DNA of 64,000 bases from an uncultured virus (IMG/VR IMGVR_UViG_3300028666_000031) (taxonomy: Duplodnaviria > Heunggongvirae > Uroviricota > Caudoviricetes). A program made the translations under genes and the position numbers. Positions 1-9,861 of this stretch are shown in pieces (within the stretch, counting starts at the first letter, position 1; each line of letters opens with the position of its first letter). The stretch is taken from IMG/VR virus record IMGVR_UViG_3300028666_000031. One strand, given 5' to 3'. The notes under the pieces are model-generated. The model worked only from the letters and a program-made list of their open reading frames with translations. It made no database searches and had not been told where the DNA came from.

Positions 1-3000
1 CATGCATGATGAGACCTGCGTAATTAGCGTGGGCGACGTTCAGATCGCGAAAGGTTGTGCCGTAAGCTCCAACGTCTGCAATAAGCAGACCAGTAAAGCT
101 AGTAGTATTGGTGAACGCGCCATCGAAAGTCGCCAACTCACCGGGATAACTCGCGAAAGTCAGGCCTGGGCTGGCAGTGTAGATCCGTTGATAATAGGTC
201 CCTGCGCGGAAGAGAATGGTATCGCCCAAGGACGCAACTGATATCGCATGGCTCGCTGTCGCGAAGGGAGCGCCGATCGCCCCGCTTGCGCCATCGCTGC
301 CGCTGGGGGAGACATACCATGTTGCGGGATTAACCGTCAAAGTCGCCGTGCTGCTTTGCAGTGTTCCAACCGAGTTGGATACCACCACGTAAAAGGTCGC
401 CCCATTGTCCGTCGGATAAGTCGTCGCTGGCGTGGTGTAACTGCTTTGCGTGGCCCCGGCAATCGTTGACCCGTTCTTGCTCCATTGATAGCCGAGCGGT
501 GCCGTCCCAGTCGCCGTGACGCTCATTGTTGCGGTCGCCGGCGCGGTCACCGTCTGATTCTGCGGCTGCACGGTAATGGTTGGGGCCGCCCCCGATCCAT
601 TCACGGTCAGCAAGGCGTTACCCGTCGTGAACGTCCCTTTCGTTCCCGTCACCGTCACCGCCACCAGCCCGTTATTATCCCCGCTCGTTACAGAGTTGCG
701 CGTGTAGCTGCTTCCGGTGCCGACCGCCGACCCATTGAATGTCCATTGATACGCCGAGATACCCGTTCCAATTGCCCCCACCGTGAACGTCGCGTTGGCC
801 CCCGCGTTTACAGCCACGTCTTGAGGCGAGACAATCACCGTCGGATCCGATGCGTCGGTGCGGTAGGGATTGGGAAAGGTGCCCATGTCGTAGCCCGGCT
901 TGGCGGTGCTGACGTAGTAATCCCGGCCCGAGACCAGGTAGTTCGCGATCAACTGTCCATTGCCGCAATCGTCCGGGTTGTATTCCGTGAGCGTAACGCT
1001 GTCACCCGCCGATCCGGTATTGTTATAAATGTAGGAAGGCTCCAGCGACTCAGTGAATGAAGTTGCACCATTGATAGAGTTCGGAAACGAGACGGTGAAC
1101 GTGCTCCCCGAGATATAGCCTTGGCCGATTTGATGCGGAGCTGGGTAGCTCGTGATGCAACCAGGCTGAGTTGAGCCCCTGCGAATGGCTTGGTCTTGCA
1201 TGTTGATAATCGACTTTGTGCCCCATTGGCTGGATGTCAGTAAGGGAAACACATTGCCACGAATAACCGCAGAGCCACCGCGATAGAGAAACCACTGATT
1301 GACGCCAAAAGCGTCTGGTCCTGAGCTGACGAAGTAACACACGTTGCTTATCATCTCAAAGTGCCTGAGCCCGTAAGGAGAAGTCTCGCAACCATGCGAC
1401 ACCACACTTGATTGGTCAAAAATATTGAAACTCAGAACGGCCCTGGAATTATCGTCGAAGTCCATCGACTCACCAGACATCGCCGCGATGTAATTTGCTT
1501 GGATATACACGTTATTAGTGTAGCCAATATCAGCCATGCCCATCGTGGAGTTGTTCGACCAGCTTTGGGTCAGCCCGAGAGCCTTGACAGTAATCCCCTC
1601 GTCGTTATTTCCAATTCCATTCCCCGACGCCAACCCGGCATCAAACCGGTTGTCAAATGAGTTGTTATAAACGATACCGTTGTTGCACAGGAACTCAATA
1701 GCTCGCGCCCCGGTGTTGCCGACCGAAAACCGGTTGCTGTAAATTCTCGCGGGCTTGTAACCACCCACAATATCAACTCCATCAGAAGAGCCATTGTTGG
1801 CGCCAAAAATAAGGTAAATGCCGGTAAGGTCCACGTTAGTCACCGTCCCTTCGTAAAGCTTAAACAAGGGGCCGGTGGTGCTGTTATTAGTGATAATGGT
1901 CAAATCATCCCCAACTCCGATTGTCCAGCGGTCTCTTGTGCCTCCTCCATTGACCGAGGTGATATTGCAGACCAAGGATGTTCCGGAATAGCTCGTCACC
2001 GTGCCCGTCATGTTCGTTTGGGATGTTGCCCCGCTTTGGCCCGCACCTCCTGATGGCGTGTAATAAGCGATGACGTCTTGGCCTGGCGTGATCGCCAGCC
2101 CCGCTTGAGTCGTAAATGTTTTAGAGCCCGTCCCCACACTGAGTGACGTGGTGGAATTCCCAACCAGCTTAGATGCACCCATGCCAGCAATCTTAATCGA
2201 CTTGGCAACTGGATTGGTTATTCCCGTTGTCCAGTTAAAGGTTCCTGCTGGAATCGCCACGATTTGCCCATTGGTGGCCGCATTGATTTGTGTTTGAACA
2301 TCCGCCGCTGAGCCGTTTGCAAAGAACACATTCGTCCAATCATCGCTTGCTTGATAGTTGGTGATAGAGAACACATTGTTATCGCTCGCGCTCCCATCAA
2401 TGTAGAACCCCAGTCCGGGATTGCCGTTCGTCCAGACCGTCTTGTCCGTTGCGCCAATGGTGGACACATCATCCGTATGCTGCAACACTCCATTGAGATA
2501 AGTGGAGATGATATTCCCCACCATCCTGAACTCAACCACATCGCCGTCTTTCAACGTCCCGGTAAACGGAACGCTGTTATTCACGAAGTCAAAGGAACCC
2601 ACACCGCCGTTCCACCGAACGATTTGAATGTACTGGCCCGAAATGGATGCGTTGCACTCATATCCGTAAGCGGAATGCGGGCCGATATGGAAGCGCACCA
2701 ATGCCTCCATCTCTTGATGTCCACCGGTGCCGGTCGACGTTTGATGAAGATAGATTTTTACGGATTGGTTTGGAGACCACACCCCGGAAAGAATCGCAAT
2801 CGAGTCAGCATACCCAGCGCCTCCCGGTTGCGTTCCAAACGCTTTGCCGGGCGTGGTATTCACGTTATGCCAATCAAGCCCAACACTCGCGCCGTTGGTC
2901 CAATGCAGCGATTCGGAAATGGGAGTGTTGGTCAGCGGAAACAGGCTGCCGTAAAAGTTCGCCGCTCGAACCTCCACCACCCCCAAACAAAGAAGCAAAC

Positions 3001-3022
3001 TAATTGCTCTTATAATTCGCAT
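1..3022 (-). CDS. Large secreted/adhesin-like protein (>1000 aa, runs off the window edge): signal peptide, fibre-type domain, Ig-like domains, right-handed beta-helix
   Basis: Absent from the ORF track because it has no in-window stop. Hand translation: MRIIRAISLLLCLGVVEVRAANFYG...; APTITVQPQNQTVTAPATATMSVTATGTAPLGYQWSKNG (Ig-like); WYVSPSGSDGASGAIGAPFAT (beta-helix entry motif). Confidence 0.85.
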   Translation of the reverse strand, partial: MRIIRAISLLLCLGVVEVRAANFYGSLFPLTNTPISESLHWTNGASVGLDWHNVNTTPGKAFGTQPGGAGYADSIAILSGVWSPNQSVKIYLHQTSTGTGGHQEMEALVRFHIGPHSAYGYECNASISGQYIQIVRWNGGVGSFDFVNNSVPFTGTLKDGDVVEFRMVGNIISTYLNGVLQHTDDVSTIGATDKTVWTNGNPGLGFYIDGSASDNNVFSITNYQASDDWTNVFFANGSAADVQTQINAATNGQIVAIPAGTFNWTTGITNPVAKSIKIAGMGASKLVGNSTTSLSVGTGSKTFTTQAGLAITPGQDVIAYYTPSGGAGQSGATSQTNMTGTVTSYSGTSLVCNITSVNGGGTRDRWTIGVGDDLTIITNNSTTGPLFKLYEGTVTNVDLTGIYLIFGANNGSSDGVDIVGGYKPARIYSNRFSVGNTGARAIEFLCNNGIVYNNSFDNRFDAGLASGNGIGNNDEGITVKALGLTQSWSNNSTMGMADIGYTNNVYIQANYIAAMSGESMDFDDNSRAVLSFNIFDQSSVVSHGCETSPYGLRHFEMISNVCYFVSSGPDAFGVNQWFLYRGGSAVIRGNVFPLLTSSQWGTKSIINMQDQAIRRGSTQPGCITSYPAPHQIGQGYISGSTFTVSFPNSINGATSFTESLEPSYIYNNTGSAGDSVTLTEYNPDDCGNGQLIANYLVSGRDYYVSTAKPGYDMGTFPNPYRTDASDPTVIVSPQDVAVNAGANATFTVGAIGTGISAYQWTFNGSAVGTGSSYTRNSVTSGDNNGLVAVTVTGTKGTFTTGNALLTVNGSGAAPTITVQPQNQTVTAPATATMSVTATGTAPLGYQWSKNGSTIAGATQSSYTTPATTYPTDNGATFYVVVSNSVGTLQSSTATLTVNPATWYVSPSGSDGASGAIGAPFATASHAISVASLGDTILFRAGTYYQRIYTASPGLTFASYPGELATFDGAFTNTTSFTGLLIADVGAYGTTFRDLNVAHANYAGLIMH

Positions 3023-3794
3023 AAAGCATGTGCCAGTGACAAGGGTTCGAGGGGGAGACTGTGTTTGTCATCGTGTAGGTGGATGCGTTGACAAGCTTTG
3101 CTTGCCAAACATAGTCTAAAGTTGTCGCGGGTGTTGTGAGCGAATAGAGGATTGTGTCTGATCCAGTCGTTGCCCAGTTGGTAGATCCGTCATCCTCTTC
3201 GAGTGAGAACATGATCCCCATTGCTGTCGAGATCCCCCCGGTTGTTGCGGCCCACGGTGCGGCGGTTGCGGTCCCGGCGTTTTTTCCAGCGACTTGCAAT
3301 GGGGTGGCATTTATCCCGGTGCATTCAGCCCCGCCTAGCGCAATAAGGGTTGTTGACGCAACGTTGAGTTGCATTGTCAACGTCCCACTTCCTGTAACCA
3401 TGGCATGAAACAGGGCGCTACCACTAACGCCCGATAGAGCGTTTGTAAAACAGTCCATTGTTACGGTTCCGATTGTGGCGGTCGAGCTACCCGCTACCCT
3501 TGAAACCTCCGTCCCCGCAAAGTTGTATGTTGTCCCCTGGTAAACAATGGCCATCATTTCGATCATGTTCCCGCTTGTTACCCCTCCAGGGATTGTGATT
3601 GTAACCGGACTTATTCCGCTTGGCCCGTTGGTGATCGCGGTGTGGCCTGCGACAATAGCGGCGTTATTTCCTCCCCCTGTCGGCGCGTTCGTATAACCAA
3701 GCGTCCCCATGAACCCAACGCTTGAAAAATCAAACTGCGCCGAGGCCGTGAAACACGCCAGGCCCGCCAAGATTGAAACAAGGAATGTTCTCAT
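3000..3794 (-). CDS. Secreted beta-rich protein (virion accessory/adhesin-like)
   Basis: 264-aa ORF, Sec-type signal MRTFLVSILAGLACFTASA-Q, Thr/Gly-rich, overlaps neighbours. Confidence 0.75.
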   Translation of the reverse strand: MRTFLVSILAGLACFTASAQFDFSSVGFMGTLGYTNAPTGGGNNAAIVAGHTAITNGPSGISPVTITIPGGVTSGNMIEMMAIVYQGTTYNFAGTEVSRVAGSSTATIGTVTMDCFTNALSGVSGSALFHAMVTGSGTLTMQLNVASTTLIALGGAECTGINATPLQVAGKNAGTATAAPWAATTGGISTAMGIMFSLEEDDGSTNWATTGSDTILYSLTTPATTLDYVWQAKLVNASTYTMTNTVSPSNPCHWHMLYANYKSN

Positions 3795-6700
3795 CGAAAT
3801 TGCGATACCGCACAGTTGGTGATGGTTCCCAAAATCACATCCACAACCAGTACTATTGAGTTGCCATTGGTGCAGTAATGCACCGTTGAATAGTCACTGC
3901 AATGCCACGTCGCCGGGGTCGTGACTGTGACCGTGCCACCACTGGTATTAAATCCAGTCCATCGGCCACCACGCTCTGTATTGTTCGGAAGGTTCGCCAG
4001 CCCTGTCACTGTAAAGTTCGCCGCAAAGTTCGTAAAAACACTCTGGCCCAGTGTGAGCGTCGTCTGCCCCGCTGTGTTGGTTGTCCAATCCCAGGAGTTG
4101 GTTGCATTCAACGCCCCAGTTGCCGACGTGGCCAAAGCTGCCGTTGCTGAGCTTCCGCCTACGTTGAAAGGCAAAGTTGTGGGCAGCCCATTCGTTCTCT
4201 GTGCATCGGTAAGGGTCGCAGTCGAAGCCAGCGCGGTCGCTGTAATAGTGCCCGTTCCTGAAGCTCCCAAACTGCCCCCGCTCCCAATCACCAAAGCCGC
4301 TGCACTGGTTGCGGCCGTCACCCCAGAGAAGGGCACTCCCGACGCCGTCGTGGCGGTGGTGGCGCTGGTCGCTGTCGGCACTGCTCCCACAATCTTACTC
4401 CCGGGATAATTCGAGGAACTGCCCAAGTCTAACAGCGGCGGAGTGGTGACGGTCAGTGTTCCGAAATTGCCCAACGCGCTATACACCCCATTGGAAGCCG
4501 TTATCCAATCCATGGACACTATGCGCGTATACGTTGAAATATTTGTAGCGCCCACCGAGGTTGTGACTCCATTGGTTGAAACACACTTGTTGGTTCCAAT
4601 AATCCATCCCACCGCCCCATTGGCGGGGTCAAAAAAGAACACCGCCGAAGCGTTCTGGTTAGAGACGACGAACGAGTTTGTGAGACCCAGCAGTGTCGTG
4701 GGCTGGAATGTTTTCCAGTAATCAGCGTAACCGGCCGCCACCAGGCTGCGAGTGTCAGAGGCGTATTGGGAGTTAAACTGAAACGCCCCGATGTCCGACA
4801 CTGAAGATTGTGCGGCTCCAAAGAAGTTCACCGGACCAAATATATTGGTCAAAGCAGCCCCCCTTGCTGCCGAGGTTTGATTCAGCCAGTAAAGCCCGTT
4901 TGCGGAATTAACGAACCCGTAATTGCTGCTGACCACATCATGCGCGCCGGGGAACAAAAGAGCCTGTGGGGCCAGGTTGTAATCCGCCGAAATCGGCTCG
5001 CTGTTAAAACGATGAATCCCTTCACTCTTCGAAATGATGATGTTGTTGGTGAAAAGCCGATTGCCATTTTGAGCAATCACCGCATAGGTGCCGGTCGAAA
5101 TGATCGTGTTGTTGTAAATGAATGTCTTCGCCCAGGACTGGGAATTGTCGGCATACACTCCAAGCTGATCGTCTTGCGCGTAGTTCCCAGTGACGTTCCC
5201 GTAAAGGAGATTTTGATACAATAGGTTGTCTACATCCGGGGCGGTGTGCCCATTGATGATTATTCCATAACCACCGTTATACCGGCAGACGTTGTTGCGA
5301 TACACGCCATTGGTGCCCGCCGCGTAAATACCGTGATTGAAACCAAGGTAGTTTGTTCCGTTCCATTCCGAAAGGTTGCCCTCCACCAACGCTCCGACGC
5401 CTGGATAAATTTGGATTCCGCTCGCAGACTGTGAGTTAGTCCACGTTGCTCCGGTATGTTCAACCCAGTTGTTTCGAACTATGCAGTTGGACAGTGAGGT
5501 TTCGTGAAGTAAAATTGGGGAGTATTGGCAGTTGGTGAAATGGAGCCCTTGGAAGACAACTCCGGAAGCATCCACTCCAACATTCAGTCGGAATGCGTAA
5601 CCGCTCACCCCGTTGAAGCTCGGACCGTTTTTGTTAATTCCTTCAACGACAAGTCCGCGCACCGCGATATCTAATCCAGCTCCGCCGCCGTATTCGCCAT
5701 CCACCAGCAAGATGGTGTTTGAGGCCCCCGCGTGGGTCACCGCGTAGCTGATGGTCCAAGGAGCGGCCAAGCTCAATCCATTATTGGTGCTGCTGCCGGT
5801 TGGGGAGGCAAAGTACACCGTTCCGTTGGTGACTAAGGTGTAGGTGCTTCCCAGACTAGATGAGCCACTACTGCCGGTGGCCGGCCCCCATCCCAATGTG
5901 CCAAACGTCAAAAGCTGCCCTAAAGAGGCACCGCCCTGTGGTAACCCCGACAGGGCTGCCAGCGCATTCGCCGACGCCGCGCTGCTTGCCGAGGTCGCGG
6001 TAGTGGCCGTCGTGGCACTGTCCGCCGTCGTCGCATGACTCGCCGAATTCGCTGTGGTGGCCAAACTCGCCGTCGCCGCATTCCCCCCAATTGAAACATT
6101 GAGCACCGCCGGTAACGCATTCGTCACCTGGGCCGGGGTTAACGTGGCGCCCGGAGCCAGATTGTTGGCCGTCGTCGCCGTAGTGGCGGTCGTCGCGCTG
6201 CCCGCCGTCGTCGCGCTAGTGGCCGTCGCCGCACTCCCGTCTACAGACGCGTGCAGTAACGCCGGTAACGCATTAGTCACTTGGGCTGGGGTTAACGTGG
6301 CGCCAGGAGCCAGATTGTTGGCCGTGGTCGCCGTAGTGGCCGTGGTGGCACTTCCCGCCGTGGTTGCACTGGTCGCCGTCGCCGCGCTCCCGTCTACAGA
6401 CGCATGCAATAGCGCCGGTAACGCATTGGTCACCTGCGCGGGCGTCAATGTTGCACCCGTCGCTAGCGCATTCGCCGTCCCTGCTGTGGTGGCCGTCGTG
6501 GCGCTCCCTGCCGTTCCCGCCACTGTGGCCGTCCCTGCTGTGGTGGCGCTCGCTGCATTCCCATCAATCGAAGCGTGCAGCAATGCCGGTAAAGCATTCG
6601 TTACTTGTGCGGGGGTGAGCGTGGCACCCGAGGATAGCGAACTGGCCACCGACGCTGTGGTGGCCGCAATCGTTCCAGAGCCAGAGGTCCCCAAACTTCC

Positions 6701-7129
6701 ACCCGTTCCGACCGTCATCGTCGCCGCCACGTTGGCACCACTGGTAATTTTATCAAAAGCCAGGTTCGTTGCCGTGCCGCTGCCACCGACCGGGGCGTTG
6801 CTGTAACCTATCCCATTCGCGGTTACCGTCAGAATTTGCCCCACCACACCGCCAGGGGCCGTCAGGCTCGATGCGGGATAATTGCTGCTGCTCCCCAGGT
6901 TCAAGGGCAGGGCATTGGTCCCCTGCATCAGTTGCGTGATAAACGCCACTGAATTCGAAGTGAACCCGCTCAAGAGCGCAAAGTTGGCATTCACCTTTTG
7001 AAATGCCACCCGCAACGGATCGCCTGTCTGGTCATTCGGTTGCGTCCCAATATTGATCATCGTGAACTGCCCGAACGCCGGCAGCGCCATCATTACCCCC
7101 AACAAAAGAATCCCGATTCGTTTCTTCAT
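3791..7129 (-). CDS. Tail fibre/spike-like protein with signal peptide, T4 gp9/gp10-like N-terminal motif, Ala/Thr repeats and parallel beta-helix
   Basis: MKKRIGILLLGVMMALPAFG-Q, then INIGTQPNDQTGDPLRVAFQKVNANF; four ATLTPAQVTNALP repeats; Asn-rich beta-helix; SD-like AAGGGAA before ATG at 7129. Confidence 0.75.
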   Translation of the reverse strand: MKKRIGILLLGVMMALPAFGQFTMINIGTQPNDQTGDPLRVAFQKVNANFALLSGFTSNSVAFITQLMQGTNALPLNLGSSSNYPASSLTAPGGVVGQILTVTANGIGYSNAPVGGSGTATNLAFDKITSGANVAATMTVGTGGSLGTSGSGTIAATTASVASSLSSGATLTPAQVTNALPALLHASIDGNAASATTAGTATVAGTAGSATTATTAGTANALATGATLTPAQVTNALPALLHASVDGSAATATSATTAGSATTATTATTANNLAPGATLTPAQVTNALPALLHASVDGSAATATSATTAGSATTATTATTANNLAPGATLTPAQVTNALPAVLNVSIGGNAATASLATTANSASHATTADSATTATTATSASSAASANALAALSGLPQGGASLGQLLTFGTLGWGPATGSSGSSSLGSTYTLVTNGTVYFASPTGSSTNNGLSLAAPWTISYAVTHAGASNTILLVDGEYGGGAGLDIAVRGLVVEGINKNGPSFNGVSGYAFRLNVGVDASGVVFQGLHFTNCQYSPILLHETSLSNCIVRNNWVEHTGATWTNSQSASGIQIYPGVGALVEGNLSEWNGTNYLGFNHGIYAAGTNGVYRNNVCRYNGGYGIIINGHTAPDVDNLLYQNLLYGNVTGNYAQDDQLGVYADNSQSWAKTFIYNNTIISTGTYAVIAQNGNRLFTNNIIISKSEGIHRFNSEPISADYNLAPQALLFPGAHDVVSSNYGFVNSANGLYWLNQTSAARGAALTNIFGPVNFFGAAQSSVSDIGAFQFNSQYASDTRSLVAAGYADYWKTFQPTTLLGLTNSFVVSNQNASAVFFFDPANGAVGWIIGTNKCVSTNGVTTSVGATNISTYTRIVSMDWITASNGVYSALGNFGTLTVTTPPLLDLGSSSNYPGSKIVGAVPTATSATTATTASGVPFSGVTAATSAAALVIGSGGSLGASGTGTITATALASTATLTDAQRTNGLPTTLPFNVGGSSATAALATSATGALNATNSWDWTTNTAGQTTLTLGQSVFTNFAANFTVTGLANLPNNTERGGRWTGFNTSGGTVTVTTPATWHCSDYSTVHYCTNGNSIVLVVDVILGTITNCAVSQFR

Positions 7130-7136
7130 ATTCCCT

Positions 7137-7775
7137 TTATTGAACATCTGCCGTTACCGCGCTGTTATCTGCGCTCACTGACTCATTGTCCGTCGTCACC
7201 CCAGGCACCACCGCTCCCGACGGTGGATCCACCACCACGTCCCCAAACAACACCGGGTATTGAATCGTGGCGCCACAGGACACCAAGCGCTTCGCGTAAT
7301 CCGTGTTCTGCAACCATTGGGGTGCATGCGCCTGCAGATGCGTGATCCCCTTTTCCGCCAGCGCATACCGCGACGCGGGATTGGTCAGCACCGCTTTCAG
7401 GCATTGTCCAATCCGTTGCGCAATCAGCTCCGACCGCCCCGCTCCCGGTTCCTTGGCCGACACCCAAAAATTAAACAGCACGTAACTGGTGACGAGCTTC
7501 CCGGAATACAACACCGTGTCATTGGATTCCTGCACCTCCATCCGGGGTAACACCACCGTGCGTATCTCTGCGTCGGCATCGCCTACAAACGTATGCAACG
7601 GCTGCACTGCTGGCCCTTGGCCATAGGCGAGGTTCGCTTTGGGAAATAGCATGGGAGGATTATTCCCCACCACATGCAGACCTCCATCGAACCAGCTCCG
7701 CAGCCATTCATTCAGCACCAGGAGCACTCCTGATTCTGTTGTGAATTCTGTGACCGCTGCCGCCGTTAAGCTCAT
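7137..7775 (-). CDS. Putative tail completion/structural protein
   Basis: Position in structural module; start at MSLTAAAV directly after a conserved leader; C-terminal TTDNESVSADNSAVTAD motif. Confidence 0.55.
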   Translation of the reverse strand: MSLTAAAVTEFTTESGVLLVLNEWLRSWFDGGLHVVGNNPPMLFPKANLAYGQGPAVQPLHTFVGDADAEIRTVVLPRMEVQESNDTVLYSGKLVTSYVLFNFWVSAKEPGAGRSELIAQRIGQCLKAVLTNPASRYALAEKGITHLQAHAPQWLQNTDYAKRLVSCGATIQYPVLFGDVVVDPPSGAVVPGVTTDNESVSADNSAVTADVQ

Positions 7776-7863
7776 CAAATAAAAAAAGGGACGGTATGAA
7801 CACGCACGCGTGCGTTCAGCCGTCCCGTAAGTTCCTTCACGCATCTTTGGCGTGACCCGTCAA
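7776..7863 (-). promoter_or_regulatory. Leader family A copy 1 (TTGACG-N17-GTGAAG-N10-GACGGCTGA hairpin + U-tract)
   Basis: Same spacing as the copies at 10.7, 12.0 and 26.4 kb. Confidence 0.8.
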
Positions 7864-7871
7864 CAATTAAA

Positions 7872-8051
7872 AATGGTGAAAGATGCAGAGCGTCTGTCGC
7901 TGAGCTGGGGTTATACCAGTCCAGCGTCCAGGGTTAAGGCCTTCTGAGCCCGTTGGGCATACGTGCCCTTCGTTGCGTTCCCTATGGCTCCATGCCAAAT
8001 GGGAGACGCCTGTTGTTCCAGCCCTGGCAGTTCTCTGCATCTTTCACCATT
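7872..8051 (-). ncRNA. Candidate structured RNA closed by a perfect 19-bp inverted repeat
   Basis: AATGGTGAAAGATGCAGAG at 7872-7890 and its reverse complement at 8033-8051; internal hairpins; intergenic. Confidence 0.45.
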
Positions 8052-8851
8052 CAAATCAATTCGGTCTTAATGCGCTGATGCAACTTAATCAGCTCCAACT
8101 CCACTCGGTCCCGCAAATGCGCCGCCACATACGCATGCCACGCCAACATCACCGCTTGCAACCACGACTCCGCCACCTCGGGCGGCAAGCCTTGCTGTTG
8201 CGTGGTTTGCGGTTGCGTCGGTGGATTCTCCCCTTCACCTTCCAGCCAACTCTGAATCGCCTGCACCAGTTTCCCCGCCGATTCTTCCATGGCCGGCGTG
8301 CGGTCCCGGGGCACCGCCCGATCACTCACCCCGATAATCTCCTCGATGCGCGACGCAATCTGTTCATCCGTGAGGCCCGCATCCTGGTCCGTCCGCCGCT
8401 TCTCTAACATCACCCAATCCCGAATTGCCTGACGCGTCGCCTCGAGGTTCTGTTCTGACCCCTCCGTCCACGCCGCTTTCCAAGGGGTGCTGCCTTCTTC
8501 TTTCTTGCCCCAGGCTGACCGGCTGCCGATGTTATACTCCGCCGCCGCCGCGATATCCAACGCCCCGCCCAACGCCACGTTCTCCAACCCCAGCGTAAAC
8601 CGGCTCCCCAAGGGCGTCAGCGCCTCTGCCCACATCGAATCCACCAAGCGCTTCGACATGCGGTCGTAGAGTGCACGCGTCTGCAGATTGCGTTCCAGCG
8701 CCCATTGCGCCCGCAACGTCACAAAGGCAATGTGTTGGAATCGGCCTTTCCAGAACTCAATCCGAATGGCTTTCCCCACCGCCTCGGGATACCCCGCCTG
8801 CAGCCGTTCTAATCGGCGCTTCACACTAGCGATGTTGCTGGTCAGTTTCAC
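8051..8851 (-). CDS. Hypothetical virion morphogenesis/neck protein
   Basis: GTG start overlapping the upstream TGA (VKLTSNIASVKRRLERL); structural context. Confidence 0.6.
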   Translation of the reverse strand: MKLTSNIASVKRRLERLQAGYPEAVGKAIRIEFWKGRFQHIAFVTLRAQWALERNLQTRALYDRMSKRLVDSMWAEALTPLGSRFTLGLENVALGGALDIAAAAEYNIGSRSAWGKKEEGSTPWKAAWTEGSEQNLEATRQAIRDWVMLEKRRTDQDAGLTDEQIASRIEEIIGVSDRAVPRDRTPAMEESAGKLVQAIQSWLEGEGENPPTQPQTTQQQGLPPEVAESWLQAVMLAWHAYVAAHLRDRVELELIKLHQRIKTELI

Positions 8852-9105
8852 ACCAGTTGATGCCAATCCCAATGCCACGCGCCCCAATGCGTGTACACCC
8901 ACACCCGCTGTCCCTTCACATGCTGGTTGGATGATTCCAGCACATGATGCCGAAACGTCACGCGCCACCACGGAGGCACAGGGACACCATGGCCCGTCTT
9001 ACAGAACCATGAATACGACGTTTGGATCCGATACCCCAAAAACTTGACACTCCCTGGCGTCCTGAGCCACCAAGGCAAATGAATAATATCGTGGTCTCGT
9101 TCCAT
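8848..9105 (-). CDS. Hypothetical Trp-rich protein
   Basis: 85-aa ORF coupled to neighbours by stop/start overlaps. Confidence 0.55.
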   Translation of the reverse strand: MERDHDIIHLPWWLRTPGSVKFLGYRIQTSYSWFCKTGHGVPVPPWWRVTFRHHVLESSNQHVKGQRVWVYTHWGAWHWDWHQLV

Positions 9106-9593
9106 TAAGTAGCCTTTCGTAATAGCACTGTTCCTAACAACGCTTGCCCGCCGACAATCACATTCCAGGCATCCGCCAGCTCATCCCCAATCTCCGCCTG
9201 CACGAACGATTGCCCCCTCAATTCGAAGCGCACTCCCTGTGTGGCAATCGCATCGAGCGTCACGCTGGCCCCCGCGCTCAGTGTTCCACTCACCAGAACC
9301 TGGCCGTCATACACCGCGACCACCGCCCCCGGGTCGATATCAAAGAGCACATCCCCCACCTTAATCTCAGAGAACTGCCGCAACTTCGTGGAGGCCCCAA
9401 TCTGATGCCAGAACCCGCGCAACGTCCCACTGACTTCCTGCTCACCCCCATCCGGCAACGCCCCGGTAATCACATCGACCGGTAAGCTCCCAGGCACGGC
9501 CGTCGGCACTTGCCACCGCACCGTCACTAACGTCGATGGCCCCTGGCTTCCCAGCAACGCCACCCTTAATCGTGCTCGTCCCAGCGCATCCAT
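9105..9593 (-). CDS. Putative head-closure/head-tail joining protein
   Basis: 162-aa beta-rich ORF in the structural module; function from context only. Confidence 0.45.
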   Translation of the reverse strand: MDALGRARLRVALLGSQGPSTLVTVRWQVPTAVPGSLPVDVITGALPDGGEQEVSGTLRGFWHQIGASTKLRQFSEIKVGDVLFDIDPGAVVAVYDGQVLVSGTLSAGASVTLDAIATQGVRFELRGQSFVQAEIGDELADAWNVIVGGQALLGTVLLRKAT

Positions 9594-9594
9594 A

Positions 9595-9861
9595 TTACTT
9601 CATGATTGCTGCGCCTTGGATTACCCCAAGGGCTTGGTTGTGGCGCTCAATGCTGCAAGGTCGCCGGGGTTTACGCCACGCATGGCCTTCCACTTTCTTG
9701 CGACTCATCATCTCATTCAACCGCCGGTTAAACTCCTTAAACGTCATCCCCGTTCCTCGACCCAGCGCCACCCCAACGCCATTCGCCGCCTGCAACTCGC
9801 GCCCCACCGCCACCCCATCCATGACATCCGCGTTCGTGCAAGCCGTCCAGTTCTTCTTCAT
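9595..9861 (-). CDS. Hypothetical protein
   Basis: 88-aa ORF, ATGA overlap with upstream gene. Confidence 0.5.
   Translation of the reverse strand: MKKNWTACTNADVMDGVAVGRELQAANGVGVALGRGTGMTFKEFNRRLNEMMSRKKVEGHAWRKPRRPCSIERHNQALGVIQGAAIMK

Noticed and set aside
6054..6806. 250-aa plus-strand Ala/Val ORF
   Set aside because: Antisense shadow of the Ala/Thr fibre repeats
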